Assembly (NCBI GenBank): GCA_964016885.1
Contig: OZ024745.1
Coordinates: forward strand, 58,528,001-58,592,000
DNA length: 64,000 nt
Reading direction: 5' to 3'
Origin: Eledone cirrhosa
Taxonomy: Eukaryota
In this document: piece by piece, positions 29,485 to 43,100 of the stretch
How positions within the stretch are numbered: the first letter of the stretch is position 1
Layout of the letters: each line of letters starts with the position of its first letter
The notes under the pieces: generated by a model
The model's input: only the letters and a program-made list of their open reading frames with translations
Database searches by the model: none
Told to the model about the DNA's origin: nothing
Program-made: the position numbers and the translations under genes

Positions 29485-32400
29485 TACATTTATATATATA
29501 TATATTAATACAATTATATATATATATATACATATATATTAAAAATAAAGATAATTTATATTCTAACATACCTCACTGGAGCACATTGACAACAATGAAT
29601 TTACAATGGAATACTCTAAGGATCGCTTTGATGACTTTGGCCCCATTTGTGATAAAGGTGAAAGTTGTGCATATTTCGGTCCATCCGAATTCTTGGGAAC
29701 CTAATAAAGAAAATATTGAAAATCAGATCTTGACATCTATCTCTTTTGATATTGGTTTTTATATAAAACTGCTTCTGGTTTTATTATTAAAAAAAAGTGT
29801 TTTTTTTCTTTCTTCAAATGTTTATATTTATCAAAAAACCTTTCCATCATAATTTTATGTAAGAACAATTGTAAGTTATGTTCCAAATACCAGCTTAATA
29901 GTGAGAAAGTAGTTATATTAATAAATTTTGCCAAATTCTTGATTATTTATAAAATTAATAGAAAATCATAGACAAGACCCATCCAACTGATGTAAGCATG
30001 GAAAAGCTGACATAAAACGATGATAATAATGATGATGATGATGACTTTCATTAGAAATATGGTAATGTCCCACCCTTGCAAGCAGGGAAAAAGCGGACGT
30101 AAAATGAAATGATGATGAAAGGGTTAAATAATTGGAGATGAAAATAACAAAACATTTACTTTGTTCAAATCATCATCAACATCATTTGTCTTAACCCAGT
30201 ATGGCATTGATGGTCATGAAATATATAAAGTGTATAATGTATAAAATTAAATACTAACCTCCAAAAAGAAATTTACTAGGTATGGATCAGACTTAATTTT
30301 GGCACATAGGGTACACAGGAATTGAACTTCTTCATTTTCAGATGGTCCGGATTTAATTTCACCACATATCTTAATCAATCGCTGAAAAAAGGGATACATT
30401 GCAGTTTAATCAAATGGCACAGAATATATAATTTCTAAATGTCTAACCCATGCTAGCGTGAAAAAATTGACGTAAAACAGTGATGATGATGATAATGTTG
30501 CTAAAAGTTTTACATTTCTTTTATATAATTCAGTGATTTGAATAGCTTTCTTCTTATAGCTGGTTTTCCATGCTAGAAAGCAGAAGTAGGTTAAGCTTTG
30601 TTGCATCTACTTTTTTTTTCCGGTTGCAAACCCTCTTTATCACTAATAACAAAATGCTGAGATCAGTCACATACATTCAGAGATGTGCCTATTCACATGA
30701 AGTATACACATACAATTTTCAACACATAACTTAGTGGTCTGGGTCTCTCAAGTAATGTACCTCACAGCTATTGTAAATGACTACAACTGTGTATTTAGTT
30801 TTATTATAAACATATCCTTCTTATCCCCAGCTTCCAACCATAGAAACTACACCAAAGAGGGTTGAGAGGATCCTTCAGTTAGAACAAGACAACCTCTTTA
30901 GAGTTGGTGCCACAAAAAATGCACCTGGTAATCCTGTAAGGTGGTTGCTGATAGGGGGTGCATCTAGCTGTAGAAATCATACCAAAAAGGGGGCTGAGAG
31001 GACTATTCAGTTGTGTTAAGAGCACAATAATCTCTATAGTGTTGGTGTCAAAAAAATGCACCCAGTAGACTTTGTAGAGTGAGGGAACTTGTGTAACCGA
31101 GATGCAACTCCTGTCTTAACTGAGAGATCAGTCACTCCAATTAAGTCCTGACATGGTCTGTGATGATCCTTCTAACTCTTGCTAGTAGGTATAAAATGTT
31201 AAATGATGATGGTGGTGATGATAATGATTACAACATTTCTTTAGCTTTTTTTCTATACTGCTACAAGTTGTAGTACAACGGACAAGACCGATTTTGTTAA
31301 AAGGCCTCTCCCTATTTCAAAGACTAGGGGCAAACAAACCAACAAGGGATCTTCCCTCTATATGGTTGTTTGCTCAGATAGAAATAGCAGCCAAATTTCT
31401 ACTGTTGTAAAATAATATTAAAAAAAACATTTGTTGATCTAAACAACATTGAGAAAATTTGAAATGTAGTCATCTCATTTCTGTTGACTATGATGATAGT
31501 TGATCATAGAAAAAATTGAGCAAATAGCCCTGGGGATGTAAAACAAGTGGACAGAGGTGTTCACATTCTTCTGTTTCCTGGGGTAATTTGCCTGATTTTT
31601 TTTCAACCATTATTTATAGTGATCAACAATTATAGTCATCTGCATTGAGACAACTACATTTCAAATAAATAAAAACAGTAGAGACATACTGGATGATGTC
31701 TGGGATAAACTATGTCTAAAAAGAGAGGATGGTCATGAAGGGAATGTCACTGATCAGTTCTGCTTGATCAATGCTGGCCTGGGGCTAAACTATAAAAGCT
31801 AGTGAAAAATGTCAATTTGTAAAAGAGGGCTTTCTCTTCATTTTAAGTAGATTATAGTAGAATGACTTACCTGTACAGCCCTGTGGACATTGATGTGTGG
31901 TAGCAAAGGTTGTTTTATTCGAGTCAACAATCGTGTGAAAAATGACAAAACAACTTGTTTCATTCCAGGTGGACTCTACAAGTTAAAAAACAAAAAATAA
32001 TAAGGATGTAATAAGTAAAACAATTACTAGATGGGTTTATGAAAGATAACAGCTGAAAATTTGCTAATCTAGTTACAAATAAAAAGCAATTACAAAGGAA
32101 ACAAAGAAGATCGAAGACAGCCATATTGGTGCCACAACAATAGCACCCAGTGCACCCTGTAAGGTGGTAGTGTTGGTGCCATGACAATAGCAACCAGTCT
32201 ACCCTGTAAGGAGGTAGTGCTGGTGCCACAACAAACACACTCAATCCACCCTGTAAGATGGTAGTGCTGGTGCCAAGACAATAGCACCCAGTACACCTTG
32301 TAAGGTGATAGTGCTGGTGCCATGACAATAGCACTCAATCCACCCTGTAAGGTGGTAGTGCTGGCACCACAACAAAAGCACTCAATCCACCCTGTAAGAT

Positions 32401-35400
32401 GGTAGTGTCACAACAAACACTCAAACCATCCCATAAGGTGGTAGTGATAGTGCTGACAATAGCACCCAGTCCACCTTGTAAGGTGGAAGTGCTGGTGCCA
32501 CAACAAAAACATCCAGTCCACTCTGTAAGGTGGTTGTGATGGTGCTGGCAAAAATCACCCAGTCTGCCTTGTAAGGTGGTTGACATCAAGGAGAGCATCT
32601 AGCTATAGAAAACTAAACCCAAAATGGAGCATATGAGCAAAATTTTGTCACCTGTCGTGTCTAGCCTCATAACCTGACAGCCAATCTAACTCATACAATC
32701 ATATGAAACAAACGTTAAACAGTGATAGTGGTGATGACATTACAGATTAAAATCTGATAAAATTACAAACATTAGGTCTTACTACATATTACTGAGCCGA
32801 CAGAGGAACTTACATCATTCTTGCCCAGTGTGTAAAGAGTTTCCAATAGCTTGTGGTGTAACATGTACTCCATACAAGGCCCAGTACTACCCGATTCACA
32901 TGTTTGTTCTTCTTGCTGAAGTATAGATAACATCTGTTCCAAATGACTTGGTAGGTTTGTTTGGTCCGCAGGCAGTCTCTCATCTGAAATAGTTTAAACA
33001 ATTACAAACAATTAAAGCAATAATTTAAGAGAAAAATTTTTTTTTTTACCATAGACTCAATACAATATGAAACCCAATGTAAAGTTGTGGAATTTCACAA
33101 CAAGCCACATATTTCAAGCAATCCTTCAGGAGTTAGAATAAACCAATGAGGAAGGACATAGACAGAAAAAAAAAAAGAAAAAAAAATTCACACCATGATT
33201 ATTCTAGTTATGCTTTCACATATATATCATGAGGCAAGCAGCCATAGAATGTTGTGCATAAAAATACAGTTAGTAAAAGTTAATAAAAAAAACATCTATC
33301 CAGTTGCTAAAAAAAACAAAACAAAAAGAGCTTCAAAATGTATCAAAATTTAGATATATAAATGAATAAATGGATGTTAACCCTTCAGCATTTAAACTTG
33401 CCGTATTCGGTCAGAATTCTCCCACCTCTTTATGTTCAAACCCACCATAACTAGTCACCCATACTGATGTTAAGGTATTGTTCTCAAAATAAATAATAGC
33501 AAAATCTCATAGATTTTATATTATGTGAGGTAAAGCCTTTATCATGAAAATATAATAGTAAACAGAGTAATGTATATGCTAAAGGGTTAAATACATCGCA
33601 ATATTTAGCTCCCTCAGAGCAACCTAGTGCTCAACAACAACAATGAACAAGGATATTGAAATCAAATAAACACTTCTATAACACACACAGATATAGTAAT
33701 GCAATACCTAAACAATCAACAATGCTTGACCTGCTAGAAATTGCAATGAAAACCACTTCAAATCACAACCTGCCTTCATTAAAAATATGCACATTTGATA
33801 TTAGATCTGGAGACATTATGTCTGAAAAAAAATGAGATGGTCATGGTTAAAATGCTTTTGATCATACAGGTGCTCTATCAGAGCTGAGCAGAGGCTAAAC
33901 AACAACAAAAATTAAAGACAAGGATTCTAAGAACTCACTGGCAAACTATGACCAAAGAAATACCTTTGCAATGTAATCAGTGGAAGATTGGTGGAAAAAA
34001 AAGGACTTTCAGATGCATTAAATATACAAGCAGTAGAGACACTCATTAAGATGATTGACTATATGCTATAGATTGTTTTTAGTCAGTGCTAGGACAGTTC
34101 TCACTTCAACAGAGTTTTGATTGAAGATGTTCCAGCAGCAATAGTCCTGTCTCTCTCTTCCAAATGTAGTGTAACCATGATGATGTGCCTTATGAGTTGA
34201 TGTAATCAATGGTGGGAAATATTGTAATCTATTATATCTATATAGCCTTTCTGTATAATATATAAATATATATGAAGTATTTCCGTCGGAAAGGTACAGA
34301 AAAAAGAGTGCTCTATGTAGGCTACAGAGCTTATTAGTTATGTAATAAACAACATAAGATAATTATTTCATTTACCAGTGGTTTCTTGAAGGCAGATGTT
34401 TTGTCTGTCTTCAGTCGTCAGAATGAATAAATAACATGGTGTTTTTATTAAATATGGATTTTAAAACAAAATTTAGGAAATATGAAAGTGACCTCACTTT
34501 CATATTTCCTAAATTTTGTTTTCAAATCCATATTTAATAAAAACACCATGTTATTTATTCATTCTGACAACTGAAGACAGTCATAACATCTGCCTTCAAG
34601 AAACCACTGGTAAATGAAATAATTATCTTGTTGTTTATTACATAACTAATATATATATATATATATATATAAAATGAAGTACAGTACTTCATTATTATAA
34701 TTATACTCTGCAGTAAACAGATCTACTTGTATACTTCATTGAGTGCTCTATCCTGCATGCAATTGTGTCAGTGATTAACTAACACATACTTTACCAAATA
34801 TACATATATATATATATACATACACAAATATATAATAATAATAATCCACAAACAGTTTTATTAAACTCTGGTGAAGAAACCAAATATTTTTTCTTCAGTC
34901 CAGAAAACAATGGGTTATGTAATAACTAGAGCAAGAAAAGTGCAGAAGTTCAGGGAGCTGTTACCTCTATTAGAAACAAAGGGTCTTTCTCTATGTGCAA
35001 CAGGTGGACTGTGTGAATTTATGCGAAAGGAGTATGATGCTGCATGGTAATGAGACAAAAGCCTTGAACGCAGATCTGCAGAGGCTGGAGAGAAATGAGT
35101 TGAGTATGATTAGATGAACAATATGAACATGTATGTTTAGTGAGTGACTGAGTAAATGTACGCTGTAAGAAGCTGAAGCAATGGTATGGATATGGTTATA
35201 TGATAGGAATGAGTGATACAAGCTAGGTAATAATGTGTTCAATGTAAGGTATTCATAGCAGAGCCATAAGAAGAATGATAGAAGAAGTGTTGATGTCAGA
35301 CCTCAAGATGTTGGGCCACAAAGAGAAGGTGATACAGGACTAAGAAAAATGGTTGATTAGCCATGCCACAGAAATAGCCAACCAATACTAGCATAAAAAA

Positions 35401-38400
35401 CAGAAATAAGGTGGCTATATCTGCTTCATTAGAGATAACACAATAACAACAACAGATGACGATGAGGAGGATGCAGATATCGGACAATATCAAATGTATC
35501 TACAGGTAAAATTCCGTTATAACGAATACCATTATAATGAATTTTTCAGTATAATGAAATTTTTTTTCAATCCCCGGCCACACGCTCGATGTGTTAGGTC
35601 GATCTCATAAAGAATTTTTCATTATAACAAATTTCTTTTGGTACCCCGTGAATTTCGTTATAATGGAATTTCACTGTATTATTAAAAAAACATCTATGTG
35701 TAACTATACACCCGTTGTTTTTTGTTTTATTGAATACCAATATTTCATAAAGCAGGGCATATCTGGTTATGAGCAAAGGTGGGTACAGGCTTCATTGTCA
35801 GGTAAAACACAATGATAGAAATCGAGCAAAGAAGGTAACAGATTCAGACAACAGTTGGCACTGCAGTAGAGGAACAGATGAGTGAATAAGTTTAAATTAC
35901 CCTATTTCCCGGCATTGAAGACGCTACTTTTTTCCTAAAATAAATCTCAAAAATCTACCATGCATTCTGGAGGTCGAAGGTTGTTTAATTATTTTTTTTT
36001 TAATTCTTGGGTATCAAAATTAGGGTGCATCCTTGAGGACCAAGCGTCTTCAGCGCTGGGAAATACGGTACTTAGGAGTCAAACAGCAGAAAAATGAAAA
36101 ACCAGTATTAAAAAAAAAGCACAAAGGCAAATTTAAAGAATAAATTACTTAAAGCAGCTTTTATGTAATATGGACACTGTTTGCAGAGCTTTTAAAGAAT
36201 GGAGATTATAAACAAACAAAAATGTTTTTTTTTAATATTTCATTACCTTTGTTTTCTATAAAATAATTAGTTATGGCTTTCCAATGATGAATAAATTCTT
36301 CTTGCAATGTAAGATTAGGAGCAATCTGAAGAAAGAAACCATAATTACATAATTAATGTAAATCATAAGATAAAGAGACAAAATATTATCAGGAAATCAA
36401 GAATTTTAGGCTGAAGTTAATTAAAAAGAAATGAGAAGTCATTAAGCAAATCTCATTTGATTGCTAAAGTATTGTTTATTAAATATCACAAAATAATGCA
36501 ATTTTATAGAAGAAAAAAATATCAATTCAAAACTCAGGTGAACATATATTGGACTAATGATAGAGAGATACAATGATTGAGCTATTAAGGTGTTGGACTA
36601 TAAACCTTTGGTACCTGAAATTCTAAATTTGTTTTATTGTTGACATCTAGTCCCAAGACAGGTCAGTCTTGACTGAGTAGATTTATAATGTAAAATATTT
36701 TAGTTGTAACCACCCAATCTTTTTATAAATATCTAAGACAAACAATCTGCTGATCCCTCCTCACAAATTGCTGACCTTATGCATACATTAGAAGCCATTA
36801 TTATTATTTATTTACAGGGCTGGTAGAACTTGTAGAGTGCTAGACCAGATTGAATGAATTACACTGTTTAGTTAAAATCTCTCAAAATTTTTTTTCACTT
36901 CTCAAATGTTCACAAAATAAGGATTGCCATCATTTTAGCATTCCCATGATCATCATAACCTTTGCTATGCTTGCAGAATGGAATGCGAGAATGGTGCGAT
37001 AACAGACTGAAAGACTTAGCCTTGCAGTCTTTACTTACGTGTATAAAAGGGCCTCACATATATAATATAGTGAATTGAACATTTTTTATTAACTGAGCTT
37101 ATTCAGACAATTAGTAGAAAAAAACTCTACTGCTACTTAAAATCTATAAACAAACAAGAGAGATAATTTCAATAAGAATTTTTTAAGAAAATATAGAAAC
37201 TACAGACAACAAAAAGGTTAAAATGAAGTGGTGAAAGCAAGATACATCAATCCCCATGTTTGACTGGTATTTTATCAACCCCAAAAGGATGAAAGGCAAA
37301 AATTAACCTTGCTGGGATTTGAACTCAGAATGTAAAAGAAAATAACTAACTACTACAAAGTATTTTGGCCGATGTTTTAATGATTCTGTCAACCGATTAC
37401 ATGTTACCAGACCAAAGAATTCAAAACATTGGCAGAGGACCACAAAGTTATTGTTGTTTTGCCACAATGTCAGGTCTGATCAAAGACTTATGTTATTCCA
37501 GACATGACCACAACTTTCTTATTCGTCTGACATAATGGGTTCCATCATGTAAAGTACCCATTTCTTAACATGTGAGGGTACAATATTGAGAGAGATTTGG
37601 TTGCAATTTCTAGTAGCTCAAGCAACCATATAGAGTTTTCCTTATTGGGTTGAGGAGTATAATGAATTGAATTGGTTACAATTACTTACTAGTATTTACT
37701 TTATTTATCTCTGGATGGATGCAAAGCAAAGCTGACTTTAGTGGAATGTAAAAAAATGTTTTATGGTATTTGGCACTCTAACCTTTCTGACAGAAAGACA
37801 TTAATTTGTAGGTGGTAGAATATATTTGATTGCATTGACCCCCCTCCCATATATCACATGGTGTGCTTATTTTATCAATGTGGGCAAGATGAAAGGAAAA
37901 GCTGACTTCAGAACATAGAGAAATGAAACTAAAAACTATATTTTATCTATTTTAATATTCGTTATGTAATTTTTTTATATTCTACTGTTTTATAATAAAC
38001 ATTAAGTTTTTTTTTTTTTTTCAATTAGAATACATCTGGGAAAGTATAAATAACATTAGCTAAGTGAAGTTAAGGTTATTTTAAATGAAGCAAACATTTA
38101 TCCTATTAAATAGTATTGATAGTGTATCACCCACAACTAATAGATTAGATAACTAATTCTGTTCTGATTCTTCACTTCCAATAAAAATTAAAAAAACTAA
38201 TATATACATGCTATTTTTAAATATATTATTTTGTGTTTATCTTGCAAAATGGTGGTTTCTAATTTCGTAAATTTGCAGCTAGTTGACTAAAGAGAGCTGG
38301 GGTTTATTTTTTTGTTTTAAATTTTATATAAACATCATTGGCGTTATGCTGTGTCCATGCTAAGTGCACTTTTAACCTCTGAAAAGCATGGCCCAATTAG

Positions 38401-39858
38401 CTACAAATAGCAATCAAAGAGAAATGTAACTTACTGTTCTATAATTGGTGAGTATATTCTTTCATATGCAGTACTGATTTGGAATCCTCCTATTTATATA
38501 GCTTAAGGATAGATGGACTTCACAAAGAGCCAAGGAAGGAGCCTCTACCAGGGTTTTAAGTGTTCAATAGAAATCCAATGACTATAGACCCTTATATATT
38601 AGGAATGAAGTTACAATATTAACCCTTTAGCATTTACATTACTCTATATATACTATTGTATTTTCCCAGTAAAGTCTTTACTTCACATAATTATCTCATA
38701 TAATATCGAATCTATGAGATTTGATATTATTTATTTTGCGAACAATACCTTAACATCAGTAAGAGTGGCCAATTACAGCCGGTTTGAACAAAAAGAGGTG
38801 AGAGAATTCTGGCCAGATATGGCCGGTTTAAATGCTAAAGGTTTAATGTGTTTTTGGAAAACAGTAGTGGAATAAAAATTGAAATGATTTCAATGAGGAA
38901 TTGAAATCACCTGAAATCAACAATGATTCTTACTATTAAAAACCAAACATGATATAAATGTTTCCAAGTGGATATTTTATTTTCATATAGGCACAGCTAT
39001 GGTCATATGGTTTAAAATTTTGCTTTGCAATGACATTGTTTCAAGTGTCTTCTAGTATAGCCTCAAGCTGGTCATTAGTGAAATTAGGTACTCAGAAACT
39101 GTCAGCTAAAGCCATGGCAAATGCAGTATATTGCTCAAGAACCAAATGCACTGTCCAGTCTATAGATCAAACCAACAACCTTATGATCATAAAACTACAC
39201 ATTTTAACCATTAGGCTGTGTGCCTTCACATGCTAGGAATCATCATCATTATTTAACGTCCATCTTCATCGCTAGCAAATTCAAACAATCAATGTTAGGT
39301 AACACAATACTGCCCATTAAGGTAATTAAGATAATTGTTTCTACGTTTGGCACAAGGCCAGCAATTACCCAGTGCATTACTGGTACTTTATTTTATCGAC
39401 CCCGTAAGGATGAAAGGCAAAGTTAACCTCGGCGGGATTTGGTAATTAAGGTAATTAAGATAATTAAGATAATTAAGGTAATTAAGGTAATTAAGATAAT
39501 GAATGAGATAGGGCAATGTTTTGATGATTCAGTATTCAACTTTTGAAAGGCTCTAGATTTTAGTTAGAAGTCAGTATTATAGTATCAGCATGTTCAGCAT
39601 CTGCCTTATCTTATTTATTTGGATTTTTGTAGGGTAACTAAATTAACAACCAGCAAACAACTGGAGCCAATTTAATCAACTATATTCTTCTCACTTTAAA
39701 ATATTGGCCTATATATTTATAAAACACTGTGTGTGGGGGGTGGGTGTGGGTGTGTGTGTGTATGAGCGTATATATATTCTATTCTTTCATTCTTTTACTG
39801 GTTTCAGTCATAGACAGCAGCCATATGCATACACATATATTGATATACATATATATAC

Positions 39859-39889
<31 letters not shown>

Positions 39890-40098
39890 CACACTTATAT
39901 ATATATCGTCATCATTTAACGTCCATTTTCCCATGTTAGCGTAGATTAGATGAGTTGCCTGTAGTGAGATAAGCCAGATCAGATGACCGTGCCTTGCTCA
40001 TACAGAACTGATATTATATATATATAATAACGGGTGATATGGCGCATGTCTTTCTGGCATGACACCCATAATTTTGATTATCTTAATTTTGGATATAG

Positions 40099-40154
<56 letters not shown>

Positions 40155-43100
40155 ATGTTTGTATAAGAGGGACAGTCTACATATCTCCCAACCTGCTAAA
40201 AATTGCAATCAAATCTTCTTCATATCATACTCACCATCTAAAATCATAAAGGAATAAAGTGGTCCTGGATATACACCAGTATTAGGGAAAAAGAAAAGAA
40301 AAAGTGGCATGGTCATGGCCGGAATGTCTCTAATCATAAGTCTAACCACTCAATATTGATGTGCTACTAAATAACAACATATCATGCAAATGTGTAGAAT
40401 ATATAGTTGAAAAAAAAAAAAAAGTGAAATTTTCTAGCATCACACCAAAACAGGTTTAGGTGGTTTCCTATGAAGTTGAATCTCAGAAGAGGTTTAATGT
40501 TTTTATGATAAGGACCCTGCACTGCTCAGTCCTGGAATTGAACCTATGACCTTATAATCAAGAGTCTAACACTCTAACTACTAGGCCAGGTGCCACTATA
40601 TATAGATAGTTGCATCGGTTATTGTTTATTGAATTTGAGAAGCTAAAAATGGGAATTGTGATAAGTAACATGCATGAAGTGAAATAACTACAACCAGAAG
40701 TCAAAACTTAAAAGACGATTCTTTTTATTGATACCTTACATTCTTCTAACAAACACAAATTCACATTACATCTAGATCTGTGATGGTAAACCTATGACAT
40801 GTATGATGTGTCAGCAGTGACATGCTCCAGGTTTTTAGGTAGAGGTCTTTGAAAAATAAAAGTTCCTGCAATATCATATAACAAGCTGATCTATAAGTAT
40901 TTGAAGTAAGTGAACCTCTGTTGATTTCTTGGATGAGTGTTTCAGTTATGCAGCCAATGGAATAGCCTTCTCATTAAGAGAAACATGAAGTGGCTAAGTA
41001 ATCCACAGGCACATGTACTTTTAAAGATTCAGTGTAACAGTATGTGACATAGCTAACCCTTTGAATTACACATACAGGCTACCTGACATGCTTTCAAACA
41101 ATTTCTGTCTATTCAATGTCCCACACAAGGTTTGGGTTGACCCAAGGCTGTGGTAAAAGAAAAGCCAAGAGGTTGTGCAATGGGATTACACCCAGGAGCT
41201 CATGATTACAAAGCAAACTTGTTAAGAATTTGGCCATACTGTTCTCCTATAAACATTTATCCCAAAATAAAATACATGTTTACATGTAAGTGATTCTCCA
41301 ATAATATGATTTATCATCATCATGATTTTATGTCTGCTTTCCTTGCTAGCATAAATGGGTAGAGTACTCTCATCTTGCTCATTACATTCCATATTTGGCA
41401 TGGATGATATTCTTAAAGTCACCCACCTAGAAGGATGTATTGGGTGTGTTTTTTTTTGTTTTTTTTTTTGTGGCACCAACACTAGAGAGGTTGTCATATG
41501 CTTGTCCAGATTAATGGCTCCTCTCAGCCCTACATTATCTCTGTTTCCCTGCTAACACTGTAGCATTCAGTCTCTCACTACATTTACTTTTTCTGTAGCA
41601 GTGCTTGTACAGGTAGGTGGATTTTTTGTATATTGGCATATTGCCAGACAGCTCGGTTCTGTCATCTTCTTTATGAGGTTCAGTTTCTGAGTCATTCTTC
41701 ATAACTTCACTCCTTGTCTTCTTAAGTCTCTTACTTCCACAGGTTCTATCAACTTTATGCACTCAGCACTCTATTTATACAACTCTAGCTCTCCTCACTC
41801 ATCACATAAGCACACCAGCACAATCATCCCCCATGCACACTATATTCAATTCCTCTTATGCTCAGCTTTATTTTCAGTTCACTTATGTTGTTGTTAATGA
41901 ACTCTTTCATTACACACACAGTGTAGCATGCATACTTCATTTCTTTTTAGCCATCACAAATTTTTGGCACTCAGGACCCATATTTTGCTGCCATGTAACA
42001 CAGCAGTTCAGACACAAACGTCATATAATCTGCCCTTTACTCTCAGAAAGAAGCCTTTTGTAGCTATAATAGTTAATAGCGCTCTGAATTTCTTCTAACC
42101 CATTCTCAATCTGGCTACAATACATCCACCTCCACTGCTAATGAGATCAGCTAGATAAAAGCTTTCTACCACTTCCAGTGAGCCTTCTGTACATTTGAGA
42201 GAGTTTATTTCTTGAGTATCTTTACTATTGACTACTCCTGTGCATCTGCCATATAAAAAGTCTACCGCCTTGTCAGTTTACATGTGGTCCTACTACATAT
42301 CTTGTGTGTCCAGTCTACACTGGGTACACCATAGGAAAATTACTGCCTACTCCTTTTCAATTTCCCTTGATAGTTTTATCCTCTTTTCCTACTTACTAAA
42401 ACTTTGGTCATTGTTAGGTTTACTTTGAGGCCCTTTCATTACAGATTTTGCTTCATTTTTACTACGAGGGCTAGATCATTAGCATATAGAGGTTCCCACG
42501 AATTTTACCTGAAACAAAGATGAAATGGGATGGTCACTGCTTGAGGGTTTTTGATTCCAGGTCTGACCTGGAGCTAAACAACAACTTTAGAAACATAGAG
42601 AGGAAAAATTTCATAATTTTAACACAACGGAGAAAATAAAATGGGAACTGCAATTTGTAAGTGAATAGAGAATTGTGTGAGGAGATAGACAACAATGAGA
42701 TACAATGTTCTTGACATCCAGCAAATCAGTTCTATAGTACTGATGGGGTTCATTCATGTATTGGTATTTGATAACTTGGTGAAAGGGAGTGTGCAAAAGA
42801 AATACATGGTGTGCTGCAAGCTTTCTTCTCTGGCAAACAGTAAAAGGCAGTTACAGTGCCAATACAGGATTACCTCAAGTTGTTTGGTACGCTGCCACAA
42901 CCGTCCTTGCAGCTTGTGCATAACCCAAGACATGATGATGTTAGATGTAGTGGTCAGAAATAGGGTTCAGCAACAGAACTGTATGTAACAATGGTTGTTA
43001 TTAAATATAAAAAAAAAAAACAATAAACAAAGAATCTAGAGAAGAAATAGATTTAGAAATCAAATAGGTCGCTTGTGATTGAAAACACTTTATGTACAAA

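Noticed and set aside
32127-32585. CRISPR-like array
   Set aside because: The whole unit repeats with no unique spacers, the context is eukaryotic and there are no cas genes.
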